Notes: generated by a model from the letters alone, not told the origin. DNA of 63,260 bases, filler included, from Octopus bimaculoides (GCF_001194135.2; 4 parts of 3 records of this genome joined end to end with filler, not necessarily neighbours in it), one strand, 5' to 3'; positions 37,371-49,547 are shown, counted from the first letter of the whole stretch. A program made the numbers and translations.

Positions 37371-37399
37371 ACCGCTAAACACTTCACCCGGCGTGCTAG

Positions 37400-37665
37400 C
37401 GGTTGAACAGGCACATAAAGAACATTCATTCAGGGACATTTTGAGCGGGATGGCTACTCGACCTGAAGACAATTCTATTTGGTCTCCACCTGAATGGTCA
37501 TGCGCTGTTAATCTTGATATATGATCACCATGTAGCGCACAAATGTTTGTGATGTATGTACCCGGTGTAACTTTATCAGACGGGTACTCATTATGGTTAT
37601 GCTGGGTTTCGCATACTTCACCCCAGTGTCACATTGATGACATGCACCTCAATCTTGCTCAACAA
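37400..37665 (+). mobile_element. Retroposon family D with (AAC)n(AAT)n tail
   Basis: ttttgagcgggatggctactcgacctgaag...ttatcagacgggtac...cagtgtcacattgatgacatgcac, then a tail to 37745. Confidence 0.7.
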
Positions 37666-37684
37666 CAACAACAACAACAACAAC

Positions 37685-37746
<62 letters not shown>

Positions 37747-38473
37747 ATGGAACATAGCAGCAGAGATAACGATGAAAATACAATTCTTAATAATAAGAGT
37801 AATCCCGTAGCACAGGAAAGGAGCAGTGGTAGTTTACTGCACGAGAGACATATAGATGATCTAAAAGAAGACAATAAAACTAATGGTGACATGAAAGATG
37901 AACAAAAGTTGAAAAATTACTTTATTCGAAGAAATATAAGTTCTTGTAGGTCTTACCTGTACAAGCGTACAAGAAATTAGAAAATAATAGACCAGGCGTA
38001 ACGATTGTAGATTAGAAAAACGAAGTTGCTTCCTTATCGACCCAACATGCGCGTTTCATTCCAGCATCGTAAAGAAAGAGGAAGAAAAACAAAAATATAC
38101 CATCCCTTAATATTTGAAATAGGATGAATTTGGAGCATGTAAAAAGTAATGGTCGTGTCTTTAATAATCGGTGCGTCGAGAACAGTAAGTCAAGATATAG
38201 ACAAATTGCTGAAGGAGGTTGAAATAGCATGCTAGTTAGTACTCTAACAGAAACGTTTGTCTCTTAGGTATAGCAAGGATTATTAGGAGAGTCCTAATCA
38301 CTTGAAAGTCTATGAAAACTCGTGGACACCTAAGGTGACTGGTAATAAACTGCTCTTCATATAATTCTTATCAGAACAAAGATCGAACTTGAGCTAATCT
38401 AAAATAATGTTTTGCAGGTGCCTTATTCTTAAATATAATTTTAACGTCATTCTTTAATCCATAACATGTTCAG

Positions 38474-38582
38474 ATTTACGTTCACCATCATGTTTTCACC
38501 AATCACTCTTATGTAGTAAATTTCTTCAATTTTACGGCGCGATGTCTTCTGCAGCATTAAGATGTCCACTGTTTTCTGCTAA
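38474..38582 (+). CDS. Weak candidate exon (phase 1 to 2)
   Basis: catgttcag / AA|gtaata; LRSPSCFHQSLLCSKFLQFYGAMSSAALRCPLFSA open. Confidence 0.25.
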
Positions 38583-39824
38583 GTAATATTTTTGATGGGA
38601 CAGGCCTTTGTTTGTCAAATTCTTGTATTTCATATAACCTGCAATGTTGTTCGAATTATATTCAATATATCAATGAAATCTCATTATTCTTGGACGCCGT
38701 AGATGTACAGTAACAGAGCAAACGCGCTTTCACAATCACTTCTAGTGAATAGTCAGTCAAATAACTCCATTGTATTTTGATTTTCTTGATCATGGGAGAC
38801 AACTTCGCCTGTTTTCATCTTCCATCAATATTGAATAAAAATCACCTATTTATTGGTAAACAAAGGTCCTTGTTGGAAAACAAACAAAAAAGTAATGCTA
38901 CGGAGGAATGAACCTTGTTTCTTTTAAGGACTCTTGAGTAGTGTAATCTGTTGAAAACTATTTAGTATCTATGTAATTTGTAATAGCCTCACATACCCGC
39001 TCTCTCCCAAATACACATAATCGCATACACGCTATATATATATATATACATATGTATAGATAATACAATGTTTGCGTATATGTATAGGCATTATACGAGA
39101 TTATATGAAATATACGCTTAGTAAAAGTTCTCGCGTTACTTACTCATAGGAGACAACTCGTCTGAACAGCGAGGACACTACAAAAATGAAGTTAATATGC
39201 GAAACAGAAATAATGAAACAATAAATGTGTTACAGTGATGAAATGTACGTTTCTCTCCTCTCAGTTTATCACGATTAACTGTAGTCTTTACATATAGTAT
39301 TTGATAAGAAAATTGTCGTCAAATATGAATTTCATCTCGTTTGTCTAGCAACAGTGTTAACATAAAAATCCATTTCAATAAATAAAAATTCATACTACTT
39401 TTTTAAATGAAAGAGTGCAATGGCATTTATTTTACGAACTCTAAATAAGGTTGCTGGCCCATATATATATGTGTATATATANNNNNNNNNNNNNNNNNNN
39501 NNNNNNNNNNNNNNNNNNNNNNNNNTTAATTAATTAANNNNNNNNNNNNNNNNNNNNNNNNNNNNNNNNNNNNNNNNNNNNTATATATATATATATATAT
39601 ACACACATACATCTATATACATAGATAGATAGATATAAATATAGATATATATGTATATATCTATATCTATATCTATATATATATATGTCTATATGAATAT
39701 ATATATATATATGTATATATGTGCGTGTGTGTGTACACACACATGCCTACATATATACACACACCCATATACATACATATGCATGCGTAGTATGGTATAT
39801 TTTCATGTGCGTATGTATGTATGT

Positions 39825-39860
<36 letters not shown>

Positions 39861-39930
39861 CTAGTTAATATCCTTCCTCTTTCCACGAAGTGACCGAAAA
39901 AGTAGTTGAATTGTTCGTCTGAAAATGCAG

Positions 39931-39991
39931 ACACATCAGGGTGATCAGCCGTGCTTCGTTCTGTTTTCTAAGTAAACAAGCAATGGTGAAG
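39931..39991 (+). CDS. Candidate exon (phase 2 to 0)
   Basis: aaatgcag / AAG|gtaacg; HIRVISRASFCFLSKQAMVK is the only open frame. Confidence 0.35.
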
Positions 39992-40351
39992 GTAACGTTC
40001 CGTAGCTGTTTAATATTTCGTCTCATAGAAATTGTTACAGTATTTTCACAGGTTTTTTACATTTTGCTAATTAATGCCCTGATGCTCGTCAGTTACTTCA
40101 TATATGTTGCTTTATATTTTTCTTTTTATGTTAGTCTGTTATTTTTTAAATTCTTCATTTGTTGTAATATTTTTTCTTCATTTTTTTTCTTGACATTTTC
40201 TTTTTTTTTTTTGTCTTTCTACTACTCATTCTATATCTCGCTGTCTTTCTCGGCTATGTATGTATGTATATATGTAAGCATATGCGTATGTACGCATTAA
40301 TATGTTATATACATACACATGTATACACATGTATACACATGTATGTATACA

Positions 40352-40393
<42 letters not shown>

Positions 40394-40672
40394 NNNNNNN
40401 NNNNNNNNNNNNNNNNNNNNNNNNNNNNNNNNNNNNNNNNNNNNNNNNNNNNNNNNNNNNNNNNNNNNNNNNNNNNNNNNNNNNNNNNNNNNNNNNNNNN
40501 NNNNNNNNNNNNNNNNNNNNNNNNNNNNNNNNNNNNNNNNNNNNNNNNNNNNNNNNNNNNNNNNNNNNNNNNNNNNNNNNNNNNNNNNNNNNNNNNNNNN
40601 NNNNNNNNNNNNNNNNNNNNNNNNNNNNNNNNNNNNNNNNNNNNNNNNNNNNNNNNNNNNNNNNNNNNNNNN

Positions 40673-40710
<38 letters not shown>

Positions 40711-41564
40711 TGTGTGTGTGTATGTTTGTAGATAGATAGATAGATAGATAGATGCACGAAATCTTTAAGTTTCCAAACGTACACCCAAAGACACACCCTT
40801 ACAAATCCACCTTCACATAGATACACTTGCACACATTTACTCACTAGATATCTCTCTCTCATTCACTCATACACACACACACATTCACTCACACACACAC
40901 ACACACTCACATAGACATGCACACACATTCCTATACTGTGACGGTGAAGGAAAGTAAGGCAAAGCAACGTAGAGAAAGCAACTATCGTTTTACCACCGCA
41001 GATTGTCTGCTCAATTCCTGTGTCAATGGTACTAGATGTAAGGGTGGCTGAGAGAGAGGGTGTATCAAATATTTGGTAATGTTCACTTTCCCATGAAAGT
41101 AAATGAGAGAGTAGATGTGAATAAGAACAGTGGCACACAGAGCGAGGGTGAGAGAGATATAAAGTGGGAGAGATATACAGACAGATAGATAGATAGATAG
41201 ATAGAGATGGTAGAAGGATTATAGCAGTGCGGTAAAGCAGTAAGTTGATGAAACGATAAAATAACTGATATAGAGAGTCGGGAATTAGTCTTTGGGTAAA
41301 GCAAACGAGGTAGGATGAAATGTTAGTGCCGGTAGTGTATTGTATCGGTGTGGATTGTTGCATTGTAGAGTGCGTGTGCTGTGGACTACAGTAGAGTGTA
41401 CTGACCTATAGTGCTGTGAAAGAGAGCGTGGTTGAGAGGAGTCTTGTACAATGAGCGAGGGTAGATGCCTGTAGTGAAGCGTGAGGATGAGAGAGCAGGG
41501 TATTCAGTGTAAATATTGGTGAAAGAGAGAGAAGGGGAGAGGAGGAGAGGGAGAGAGAGAGAAA

Positions 41565-41718
41565 GAGAAAGAGACAGAACAAGTTGAGTTGAAGATCGCT
41601 TCCCAATCACATGGTTTAAATTCAATTCCAATGCGTGGTACATTGGGATACTATTTTCTGCTATAACGCTGGATCCACCAAAGCCTTGTAAATGAATTTG
41701 GTAAATGGAAACTGTGTA
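41565..41718 (+). mobile_element. SINE family A, degenerate head
   Basis: gcttcccaatcacatggtttaaattcaattccaatgcgtggtacattggg...ccaaagccttgtaaatgaatttggtaaatggaaactg. Confidence 0.65.
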
Positions 41719-41863
41719 TATATGTATGTATAGTTGTATTTGGGGATGGTCATCTTTAACCAATGAAACACACACACTATTTATTTGATCTTCACTTTAG
41801 CTTTATTATTATCATTATTAGCCTATTTGTCAGGTTTATTTCCACAGTATTATTATTTAACCA

Positions 41864-42090
41864 AAGCGGCGAGCTGGCAGAAACGTTAGCACACCGGGCG
41901 ACATGCTTTGCAATATTTCGTCTGTCTTTACATTCTGAGTTCAAATTCTGCCAAGGTTGACTTTGCCTTTCATCCTTTCAGGGCCAATAAATTAAGTACC
42001 AGTTGCGTACTGGGTCGATCTAATCGACTGGCCCCTCCCAAAAAATTTCGGGCCTTATGCCGAGAGGAGAAAAGAGTATTTATTATTATT
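41864..42090 (+). mobile_element. SINE family B, full length
   Basis: gcggcgagctggcagaaacgttagcac...ttctgagttcaaattctgccaaggttgactttgcctttcatcctttc...aagtaccagttgcgtactggg...aaatttcgggcctt. Confidence 0.9.
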
Positions 42091-42111
42091 TCATCACAAT
42101 AGTACTTACAG

Positions 42112-42215
42112 TGATTTCGAAGTTTTGGCGAGCTAAGCCATCATCGAACATAGCTTGCCGAAATTTTGAAGTCACAGTCAATACTATTCGTCTTTTAGAT
42201 ATGTACCCTACAAAA
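42112..42215 (+). CDS. Candidate exon ending at donor 42216 (104-nt form, or 17-nt form from 42199)
   Basis: Donor AA|gtatgt. Acceptor tacttacag gives ISKFWRAKPSSNIACRNFEVTVNTIRLLDMYPTK (phase 1 to 0); acceptor ttcgtcttttag gives ICTLQ(K) (phase 0 to 2). Confidence 0.4.
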
Positions 42216-42260
42216 GTATGTAACTAAACCATTACATACTTTTGTAGGATACACATCTAA
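42195..42260. repeat. 29-bp inverted repeat with 8-nt loop (27 of 29 pairs)
   Basis: ttagatatgtaccctacaaaagtatgtaa / ttacatacttttgtaggatacacatctaa; mismatches A42201:C42254 and C42206:A42249. Confidence 0.95.
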
Positions 42261-42272
42261 GCAAGAATGGCA

Positions 42273-42384
42273 TACGATGGGTATATGAAAAGTCTTGAGT
42301 CTCAAAGAAAAAAAAAACATAGTACAAGTCTTTTGATAAAGGTTCAAGCCTTGAAGGCTCAAAACTTTTCATACACCCCTTGTA
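42273..42384. mobile_element. Mariner-type MITE, TA ends, ~30-bp TIRs
   Basis: TAcgatgggtatatgaaaagtcttgagtct ... aggctcaaaacttttcatacaccccttgTA. Confidence 0.8.
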
Positions 42385-42480
42385 GTAGAAAGTCCTTCAT
42401 TGGAATTTCATTAAAGGCACCTTCATTGGAATTTCGACATCAACAACAAGGTATTTTTGCTTGTATGTATGTATGTATGT

Positions 42481-42812
42481 ATTTATCTGTGTGCAGATCT
42501 GTACTTTGCTTTATATATCTATTCTCATGCATATAGCTGCATATCTAGAGATGCTCATATATATATATTTAAATAATAACTTCTGGAAAGTTTTACAGTT
42601 TTTTACAGTTCCAGTGATGGATTGGATCTGTAGTCTTCGAATTAGCTTTCTCCTTTCTGGTTTTGAAAAGCCTAATTTCTCAAGATCAGTTATTTAGGCA
42701 GCGTGTTATATATCTCAGGGCACGAATAATTACAAGTATAAACCTGAACTTGTAATATGGATAGAGTAACTGCAGATTTCTCAATAGTTCAGCATAGGTA
42801 TTCTCTTTTTCA
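42481..42812 (-). mobile_element. R4/Dong-clade LINE 3' end lying in (ATAC)n
   Basis: KENTYAELLRNLQLLYPYYKFRFI.VII.AL.YITRCLNN..EKLGFSKPERRKLIRRLQIQSITGTVK, plus 3' UTR; (TATG)n-type repeats on both flanks. Confidence 0.85.
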
Positions 42813-43520
42813 CATATATGCATGCATGTTTGTATGCATGTATGTATGTATGGATGGATGGATGGATNNNNNNNNNNTGGATGGATGGATGGATGAATGA
42901 ATGTACGCATGCATGCATGCATACATGCATGTATATATGTAATGATACAAATAATATGTGTGTATATGCATATATACGTACATGTATGTACATACCTGCA
43001 TCTACATGTATATATAGATGCATATCTGGGTACAGGACGTTGCAAAAAACGTGGACAAAATGAGAAACAGAACATAAACAGAGCACAGAAAACACGCAGG
43101 CTACATTAGAGAACATTTCCTTCATCAGCTGCCGCCATTTTAAAACTAAGCGTTTCAAGAATGGATGACTATTTGAATTTGCAAAAATCAGTCTTCTTCT
43201 AACGAATAGCATCGTATTTTAAATATTGCTTGCTACTTTGTTTGATAAACTGCCCAATCTTGTCTAAAATCTTATCACTTCATTCACCGACTTAAACGCA
43301 ATTAAGAGCTATGTGAGAGTTCTATGAAAGTCGCAACTAATATGTGTCATGAAGTCTTAACTTATTAGGTTTGATTGCCCACTGACGGAAGCTTATGATA
43401 AGGAATATTCTAGTAATTGACTTAATCCACCACTCTTGTCCCTACGATAAATAAACATTTGTTCATACAAAATGTTCACCATATGCTAAAGAATCTTTTG
43501 CTAAGAAGTTCTTTTCCCCT

Positions 43521-43570
<50 letters not shown>

Positions 43571-44286
43571 NNNNNNNNNNNNNNNNNNNNNNNNNNNNNN
43601 NNNNNNNNNNNNNNNNNNNNNNNNNNNNNNNNNNNNNNNNNNNNNNNNNNNNNNNNNNNNNNNNNNNNNNNNNNNNNNNNNNNNNNNNNNNNNNNNNNNN
43701 NNNNNNNNNNNNNNNNNNNNNNNNNNNNNNNNNNNNNNNNNNNNNNNNNNNNNNNNNNNNNNNNNNNNNNNNNNNNNNNNNNNNNNNNNNNNNNNNNNNN
43801 NNNNNNNNNNNNNNNNNNNNNNNNNNNNNNNNNNNNNNNNNNNNNNNNNNNNNNNNNNNNNNNNNNNNNNNNNNNNNNNNNNNNNNNNNNNNNNNNNNNN
43901 NNNNNNNNNNNNNNNNNNNNNNNNNNNNNNNNNNNNNNNNNNNNNNNNNNNNNNNNNNNNNNNNNNNNNNNNNNNNNNNNNNNNNNNNNNNNNNNNNNNN
44001 NNNNNNNNNNNNNNNNNNNNNNNNNNNNNNNNNNNNNNNNNNNNNNNNNNNNNNNNNNNNNNNNNNNNNNNNNNNNNNNNNNNNNNNNNNNNNNNNNNNN
44101 NNNNNNNNNNNNNNNNNNNNNNNNNNNNNNNNNNNNNNNNNNNNNNNNNNNNNNNNNNNNNNNNNNNNNNNNNNNNNNNNNNNNNNNNNNNNNNNNNNNN
44201 NNNNNNNNNNNNNNNNNNTATATATATATATACACACAAATATATATAAATATATATATATATGTATGTATATATGTATACGCACG

Positions 44287-44339
<53 letters not shown>

Positions 44340-44879
44340 ATATGTGAATAATGCTTTGTCTCTACTCCTGTATTGAGTCCTTTGTCAGTTTTTGAGAGTG
44401 TACAAACACAGAATCCAAGATTATATATTTCCATAAACGTGTCCACCTCTCTATGTTGCCTGAGCTAGGAAAAATAATTTTAAAATTGTGAGTGTTAAAT
44501 AGTTCATTGTATTTTGTGTTATCCAATAAAAAGGATAAAAAAAATTCTGGTTAGGCTTGTGGGGACATTTAGATTGTGAAAGGGATTAAGTCACGTTAGA
44601 TTTCTTACTTAACTCTATTGTGGAATGGTAGAGTTGTCTTTCGTGTAAACGATCATATCATTAAAGTTGTCACTGACTAGCACCTCTTTATAAACTGCTG
44701 ATGTTTTAACGAAATTTCGATATTTCCTTCACTGAGAATAGGTCTGCTTCTTTTTTTAACTTATACAGGTTATTTGGTTTTTGGTGGTAGCTAATTGTTG
44801 TTTAGAATTTTTGGGATGCTAACAGTGCCCTTGTTTAACTTCAGTTCAGAGTTGTGCTTAACTGCTGATGAACTTGTAG

Positions 44880-45060
44880 CAAGACCAATCTCTATTACGG
44901 CATATTGGAGTTAACTAACCATATATACAGGCTCAACATGTTAACCTGTAACGATTGGTTGTCTGACCTATCATGTGAATCTAGAGCATTTGGTTGAATC
45001 CTGTATTTTGATTGGTCGAGTGTTGCACGGACTATAGATCTCGGATCCAATCACGTTGTG
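44880..45060. promoter_or_regulatory. Cluster of four CCAAT/ATTGG boxes
   Basis: gaccaatc (~44884), cgattggtt (~44952), tgattggtc (~45009), tccaatca (~45047); function unsupported. Confidence 0.15.
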
Positions 45061-45594
45061 CATAATACATTCTAAAACAACTAATCTGAATCACGGCTGG
45101 AGCCTATCCTCTTCCTATAGATAGCTTTACCAAATCATTTATGGGCAGAGTGCAGAGAGATTTTCAGGAAAGCGGAGTCATGTTATTTTCCTGTTGTTAT
45201 AACAAAGCACATGTAACCAACGACGGCTAGAGCTGAATTATCCAAACGATGGATGAATTATATAACTCCCATAATCCGCGATGTGTTTATTTGGTCCACT
45301 GTATAATTTAGCGGAGGAATTAAGTCTCGCTGTTATTTTAAAGTTTGTTTCTTGTATTATCTCCACGAGTGAACGCGCAACGTATGTTATATAATGATAT
45401 GCAGGATTCTGTAGTAAACCAAGTGAGACTTTATACCTAAACAGCTAAAAACTCTTTTCTAACAGTATCCATCCTTTGGCTAGTCATACTTTGCAAACTG
45501 AGTAGTTCACCATGGTAAAAACTGAACCCTGTTGAGCGAATTACTTTCTCAAATAAATCTGAAATATGTACTTCTATTTAAAACTTCAAACTTA

Positions 45595-45855
45595 GTGTTC
45601 AGCTGGTAATTATTTTATCGACCTCGTAAAGATGAAAGGTAAAATCGACCTCGGCAGAATTTGACGGGCGAAATACCACGAAATGCTTAGCGGTATTTCG
45701 CCCGTCGCTACGTTCTGAGTTCAAATTCCGCCGAGATCGACTTTACCTTTCATCCTGTCGGGGTCGATAAAATAAGAATCAGTTAAACACTGGGATTGGC
45801 ACATTTGATTTATCCCCTCCCAAAAGACTGCTGCCCTTGAGGCAAAATTTGAAAC

Positions 45856-45860
<5 letters not shown>
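45595..45860. mobile_element. SINE family B fold-back (inverted dimer)
   Basis: Minus arm 45603-45665 mirrors plus arm 45720-45783; central gacgggcgaaatacc / ggtatttcgcccgtc is a perfect 15-bp stem. Confidence 0.85.
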
Positions 45861-45903
<43 letters not shown>

Positions 45904-45907
<4 letters not shown>

Positions 45908-46024
45908 TAGTTTTATTTTTATAACGTGCTTTCACTTCACTACCGAGCGCAGCTCTGTGTGCCTTGGGTATGTGCTGTGGTTTGCTGTGATGCTCTTATG
46001 GTTACTGTATTGACAGTGCTTTGC

Positions 46025-46026
<2 letters not shown>
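45904..46026 (-). mobile_element. ~125-bp R4/Dong 3' end inserted in (AAT)n
   Basis: Minus strand RKALSIQ*, a short 3' UTR with AATAAA, then (AAT)n; (ATT)n on both flanks. Confidence 0.75.
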
Positions 46027-46081
<55 letters not shown>

Positions 46082-46372
46082 GAGTGAGAGTGCAGTGCAT
46101 GCCATCAAAGTGACACTGGGATAAAATATACGAAGCCCAGTATATCTATCATGACTATTCGTCTGATAAGGTTACACCAAGCACATGCATCACAATATGT
46201 GCGCGACATGGTGATTTCATATCAAGATTAGCAGCACATGACCTTGCAGGTATGGCCCAGTTAGAATTTTCTTCAGGTCGAGTAGCCCGTCCCGCTCAAA
46301 AGGTCCCGGAATAAGGGTTGTTTGAGGATGTTGAACGAAACAGCCACGTTTCCAGAGGTGAATTATCCAAAC
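46082..46372 (-). mobile_element. Retroposon family D
   Basis: Reverse complement of the 37400-37665 copy; tail merges with (ATT)n at 46026-46081. Confidence 0.7.
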
Positions 46373-46887
46373 TACTCGAAGAAATATAAAACTCTGTGAA
46401 AGGATTGTAAAACTTCTGAACGAAAGATTACAATTGAACTCTTTCAGACAATTCAATCACCAACTTCTTTAATGTATTTCCAACCCCAAAAAGGTTAAAA
46501 TAGAACATTTCTTACATAATGGACTTGCTATACTCTGGAAGATAGTCGTATAATTAAATAATATTCGTTTAGTCCAAGACAAAAACTCCATTGCTATTAG
46601 ACGTTTTCCTTGTTAATGTGTTTGTATGCATTAATCTGAAGACTCAGAATCCTAATACGTTTTTATGCGTGAATAGATGAAAATAACGTATGCTCAGCAT
46701 GCGTTAGAATATATTTCTGACACATTTTTTAACAGCTGCTCAACTAATTTTTGACGCAACGTTTTTCGGTGTTTGTAAATGTGTTGTCACACAGCAAACT
46801 TCATGACTTCCATTAATCGGCAACATGAAGCTCAACGTAATACTTTCAGAAGCCTCAAATGCATAAAGACACACACACATACTTACA

Positions 46888-46936
<49 letters not shown>

Positions 46937-46941
46937 ACAAA

Positions 46942-47380
46942 TGATGTGGCTGTATGATGAGAAGTTTGCTTCCCATTTACACAGTACAGTTTAGTCCTAC
47001 TGCGTGTCACCTTGGGCAAATGTCTTCTACTATATTCTCAGGCCGATTAAAGCCTTGTGAGTGCCTTTAGTAGACCGACTCTGAAACAAACCCGTTGTGT
47101 GTATGTGTGTGCGTGTGTTTGTGCGTGCGTGTATGTGTGTGTGTGTGTGTATGTATGTGTGAGTGTGTATGTGTGTGTGTTTGCCCCATACCACCACTCG
47201 ACAGCCAGTGTTGATGTGTTTACGTCCCCGCAACTTAGCAGTTCGACAAAAGGAAACCATAGAATAAGTACCAAGCTTAAAAAATAAAAACGTACTGGGC
47301 TCGATTAATTCAACTAAACTTCCTCAAGACGGTGCTCCAGCATGGCCGCAGTCTAATGACTGACACAAAAGTAAAAGAAC
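46942..47380 (+). mobile_element. SINE family A, full length
   Basis: gtggctgtatgatgagaagtttgcttccc...caccttgggcaaatgtcttctactat...(TG)n...gtccccgcaacttagcagttcg...gctccagcatggccgcagtc. Confidence 0.85.
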
Positions 47381-47399
47381 ATATACCAAAATTCCTTAC

Positions 47400-47490
47400 A
47401 AGGTATAGTAGAAGACACTTGCCCGAAGTGCAGCGCAGTAGGATTGAACCTGTGGTTGCAATGTAAGGTTCTTAACCATACAACCACGCC
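47400..47490 (-). mobile_element. SINE family A head fragment
   Basis: tatagtagaagacacttgccc...gcgcagtaggattgaacc. Confidence 0.65.
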
Positions 47491-48065
47491 AAAAGGAGAC
47501 GCTCACTATGTATTAAATACTTTTCTTCGTTAGCAAACAGAAACGTTTAGTAATCCATACATATTTAGGTGTGCGTGCGCATATACACACAGTTACACAC
47601 ACACACACACAAACACAAACACACACGCATGCGAGTGTATGTAATGTTCCATGTGCATCCGTAACCTTGAGAGATATGATTTTGAAATACTAATAGTATC
47701 AAATAACCGAAACTCAACAACTGTCTCACAAACAATAATCGCCTTAACTTCAATCAATATGAGTTTCAAATCGACAAAGAATTATTTTGCTTTCTCGCGG
47801 ATTTGACGTCAGAATATTTGTCGGCCATATTGAAAGCACGACTGGAATTTCATATATATANNNNNNNNNNNNNNNNNNNNNNNNNNNNNNNNNNNNNNNN
47901 NNNNNNNNNNNNNNNNNNNNNNNNNNNNNNNNNNNNNNNNNNNNNNNNNNNNNNNNNNNNNNNNNNNNNNNNNNNNNNNNNNNNNNNNNNNNNNNNNNNN
48001 NNNNNNNNNNNNNNNNNNNNNNNNNNNNNNNNNNNNNNNNNNNNNNNNNNNNNNNNNNNNNNNNN

Positions 48066-48099
<34 letters not shown>

Positions 48100-48193
48100 T
48101 ACATGTGTGTGTGTGTGTGTGTGTGTGCAACGCTAAAAGTAGAAATTTAAAGCAGAAATAGCTCGATATTCTACATTAATTAAATCTCCCCAG

Positions 48194-48276
48194 AGTCATC
48201 GAAGGAAAAGGAACGTCCGAAAAGGTGTTAATTTGTCATGCTTTCTCCGGTGCAATATTCTCTCATAATTATTTCG
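48194..48276 (+). CDS. Candidate exon (phase 2 to 1)
   Basis: aatctccccag / CG|gtaagg; VIEGKGTSEKVLICHAFSGAIFSHNYF is the only open frame. Confidence 0.5.
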
Positions 48277-48635
48277 GTAAGGTGTGACTAAGTGTATGTT
48301 TTACCGAGAAGGTCTAATAAAACCGGAACATGTCTGGAGTCAAAAAATTAAAATAATATTGGTCAAGGAACTAAATTATAATTATTTGGCTTATATGCTT
48401 CTATTTAAACTTCTGATCTCTATTAAATTTAATGTTGACACTAATCTAGCAAAACAACATGGAAGTAGAGGAAAATAAATTCAACCAGGAATATTTATTA
48501 TTGTTGGTATTAATGTCATTTCAAATAACTTCTCGCGCAATTACTTAGAACCTGATAAGTCGTCTCTGAGTATTATACTCTGAGTCTTTGACTACCACAT
48601 TGCATGAAATATATAATGGATATGTCGGCTTCAAT

Positions 48636-48962
48636 AAGGAGCACTCCGTCGGTTACGACGACGAGGGTCCCATCTGACACGATCAACGAAACAGCTTGCT
48701 CGTGAAATTAACGTGCAAGTGACTGAGCATTCCACAGACGCGTGTACCCTTAATGTAGTTCTCAGGGAGATTCAGCGTGACACAGAGTGTGACAAGGCCG
48801 GCCCTTTGAAATACAGGTACTAAACATTTTTGCCAGCTGAGTGGACTGGAGCAATGTGAAATAAAGTGTCTTGCTCAAGGATACAACGCGTCGCCGGGAA
48901 TTGAACTCACGACCTTACGATCGTGAGCCGAATGCCCTAACCACTAAGCCACGCGCCTTCAC
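48636..48962 (-). mobile_element. tRNA-derived SINE family C
   Basis: Reverse complement GGCGCGTGGCTTAGTGGTTAGGGCATTCGGC...GTGAGTTCAATTCCCGG...CCTTGAGCAAGACACTTT...CCAGTCCACTCAGCTGG...GTAACCGACGGAGTGC; copies at 57186 and 58220. Confidence 0.9.
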
Positions 48963-49397
48963 TTGTCGGCTTCGACACACACACACAAACACACAAACAC
49001 ACGTATGAAACATACATATGTATGTATGTATGTATGTTATGTGTGTGCATGCGTGTGTACAAATATATCTAAATCTTTGAATTTCAATATTCGTAATTCC
49101 TAGCAAACGTTGCTTTTATATGCATGTTTATTACATTACAAGCGTGTGTGAACGTATGCGTGCGTGCGCGCACGTATGTGCGTGTAGATATATGTGTGTG
49201 TCTATGTTTGCTTGTTTGTGTGTGTATGTATGTGTATGTATGTGAATGTATGTATGTTTGCATGTACGTATGTTTTCGTGTACATATCTATGTGTAGATA
49301 TGCATGCATGTATGTATTTATGTATGCGAGTATTCTGAAACACTGAGGTCGATACATTATTTACATTTGACGGATATTTGTCCTCATGTTTGTTTTT

Positions 49398-49444
49398 AAC
49401 ACAACGTTTCGGTTGATATACCCTCCAGACTTCATCAGGTGTCT
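49398..49444 (-). ncRNA. Minimal type I hammerhead motif (stem II damaged)
   Basis: GACAC-CUGAUGA-AGUCUG..CAACC-GAAAC-GUU^GUGUU: stem I GACAC/GUGUU, loopless palindromic stem III ACGU; two mismatches in stem II. Confidence 0.65.
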
Positions 49445-49490
49445 TGGGGAAATTTAGTACCTGGGTTCTCATTCCCAAGGTATTTTTCGA

Positions 49491-49546
<56 letters not shown>

Positions 49547-49547
<1 letters not shown>

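Noticed and set aside
44853-44890. CTGATGA followed by a CTTG/CAAG stem
   Set aside because: No GAAA after the stem, so not a hammerhead.
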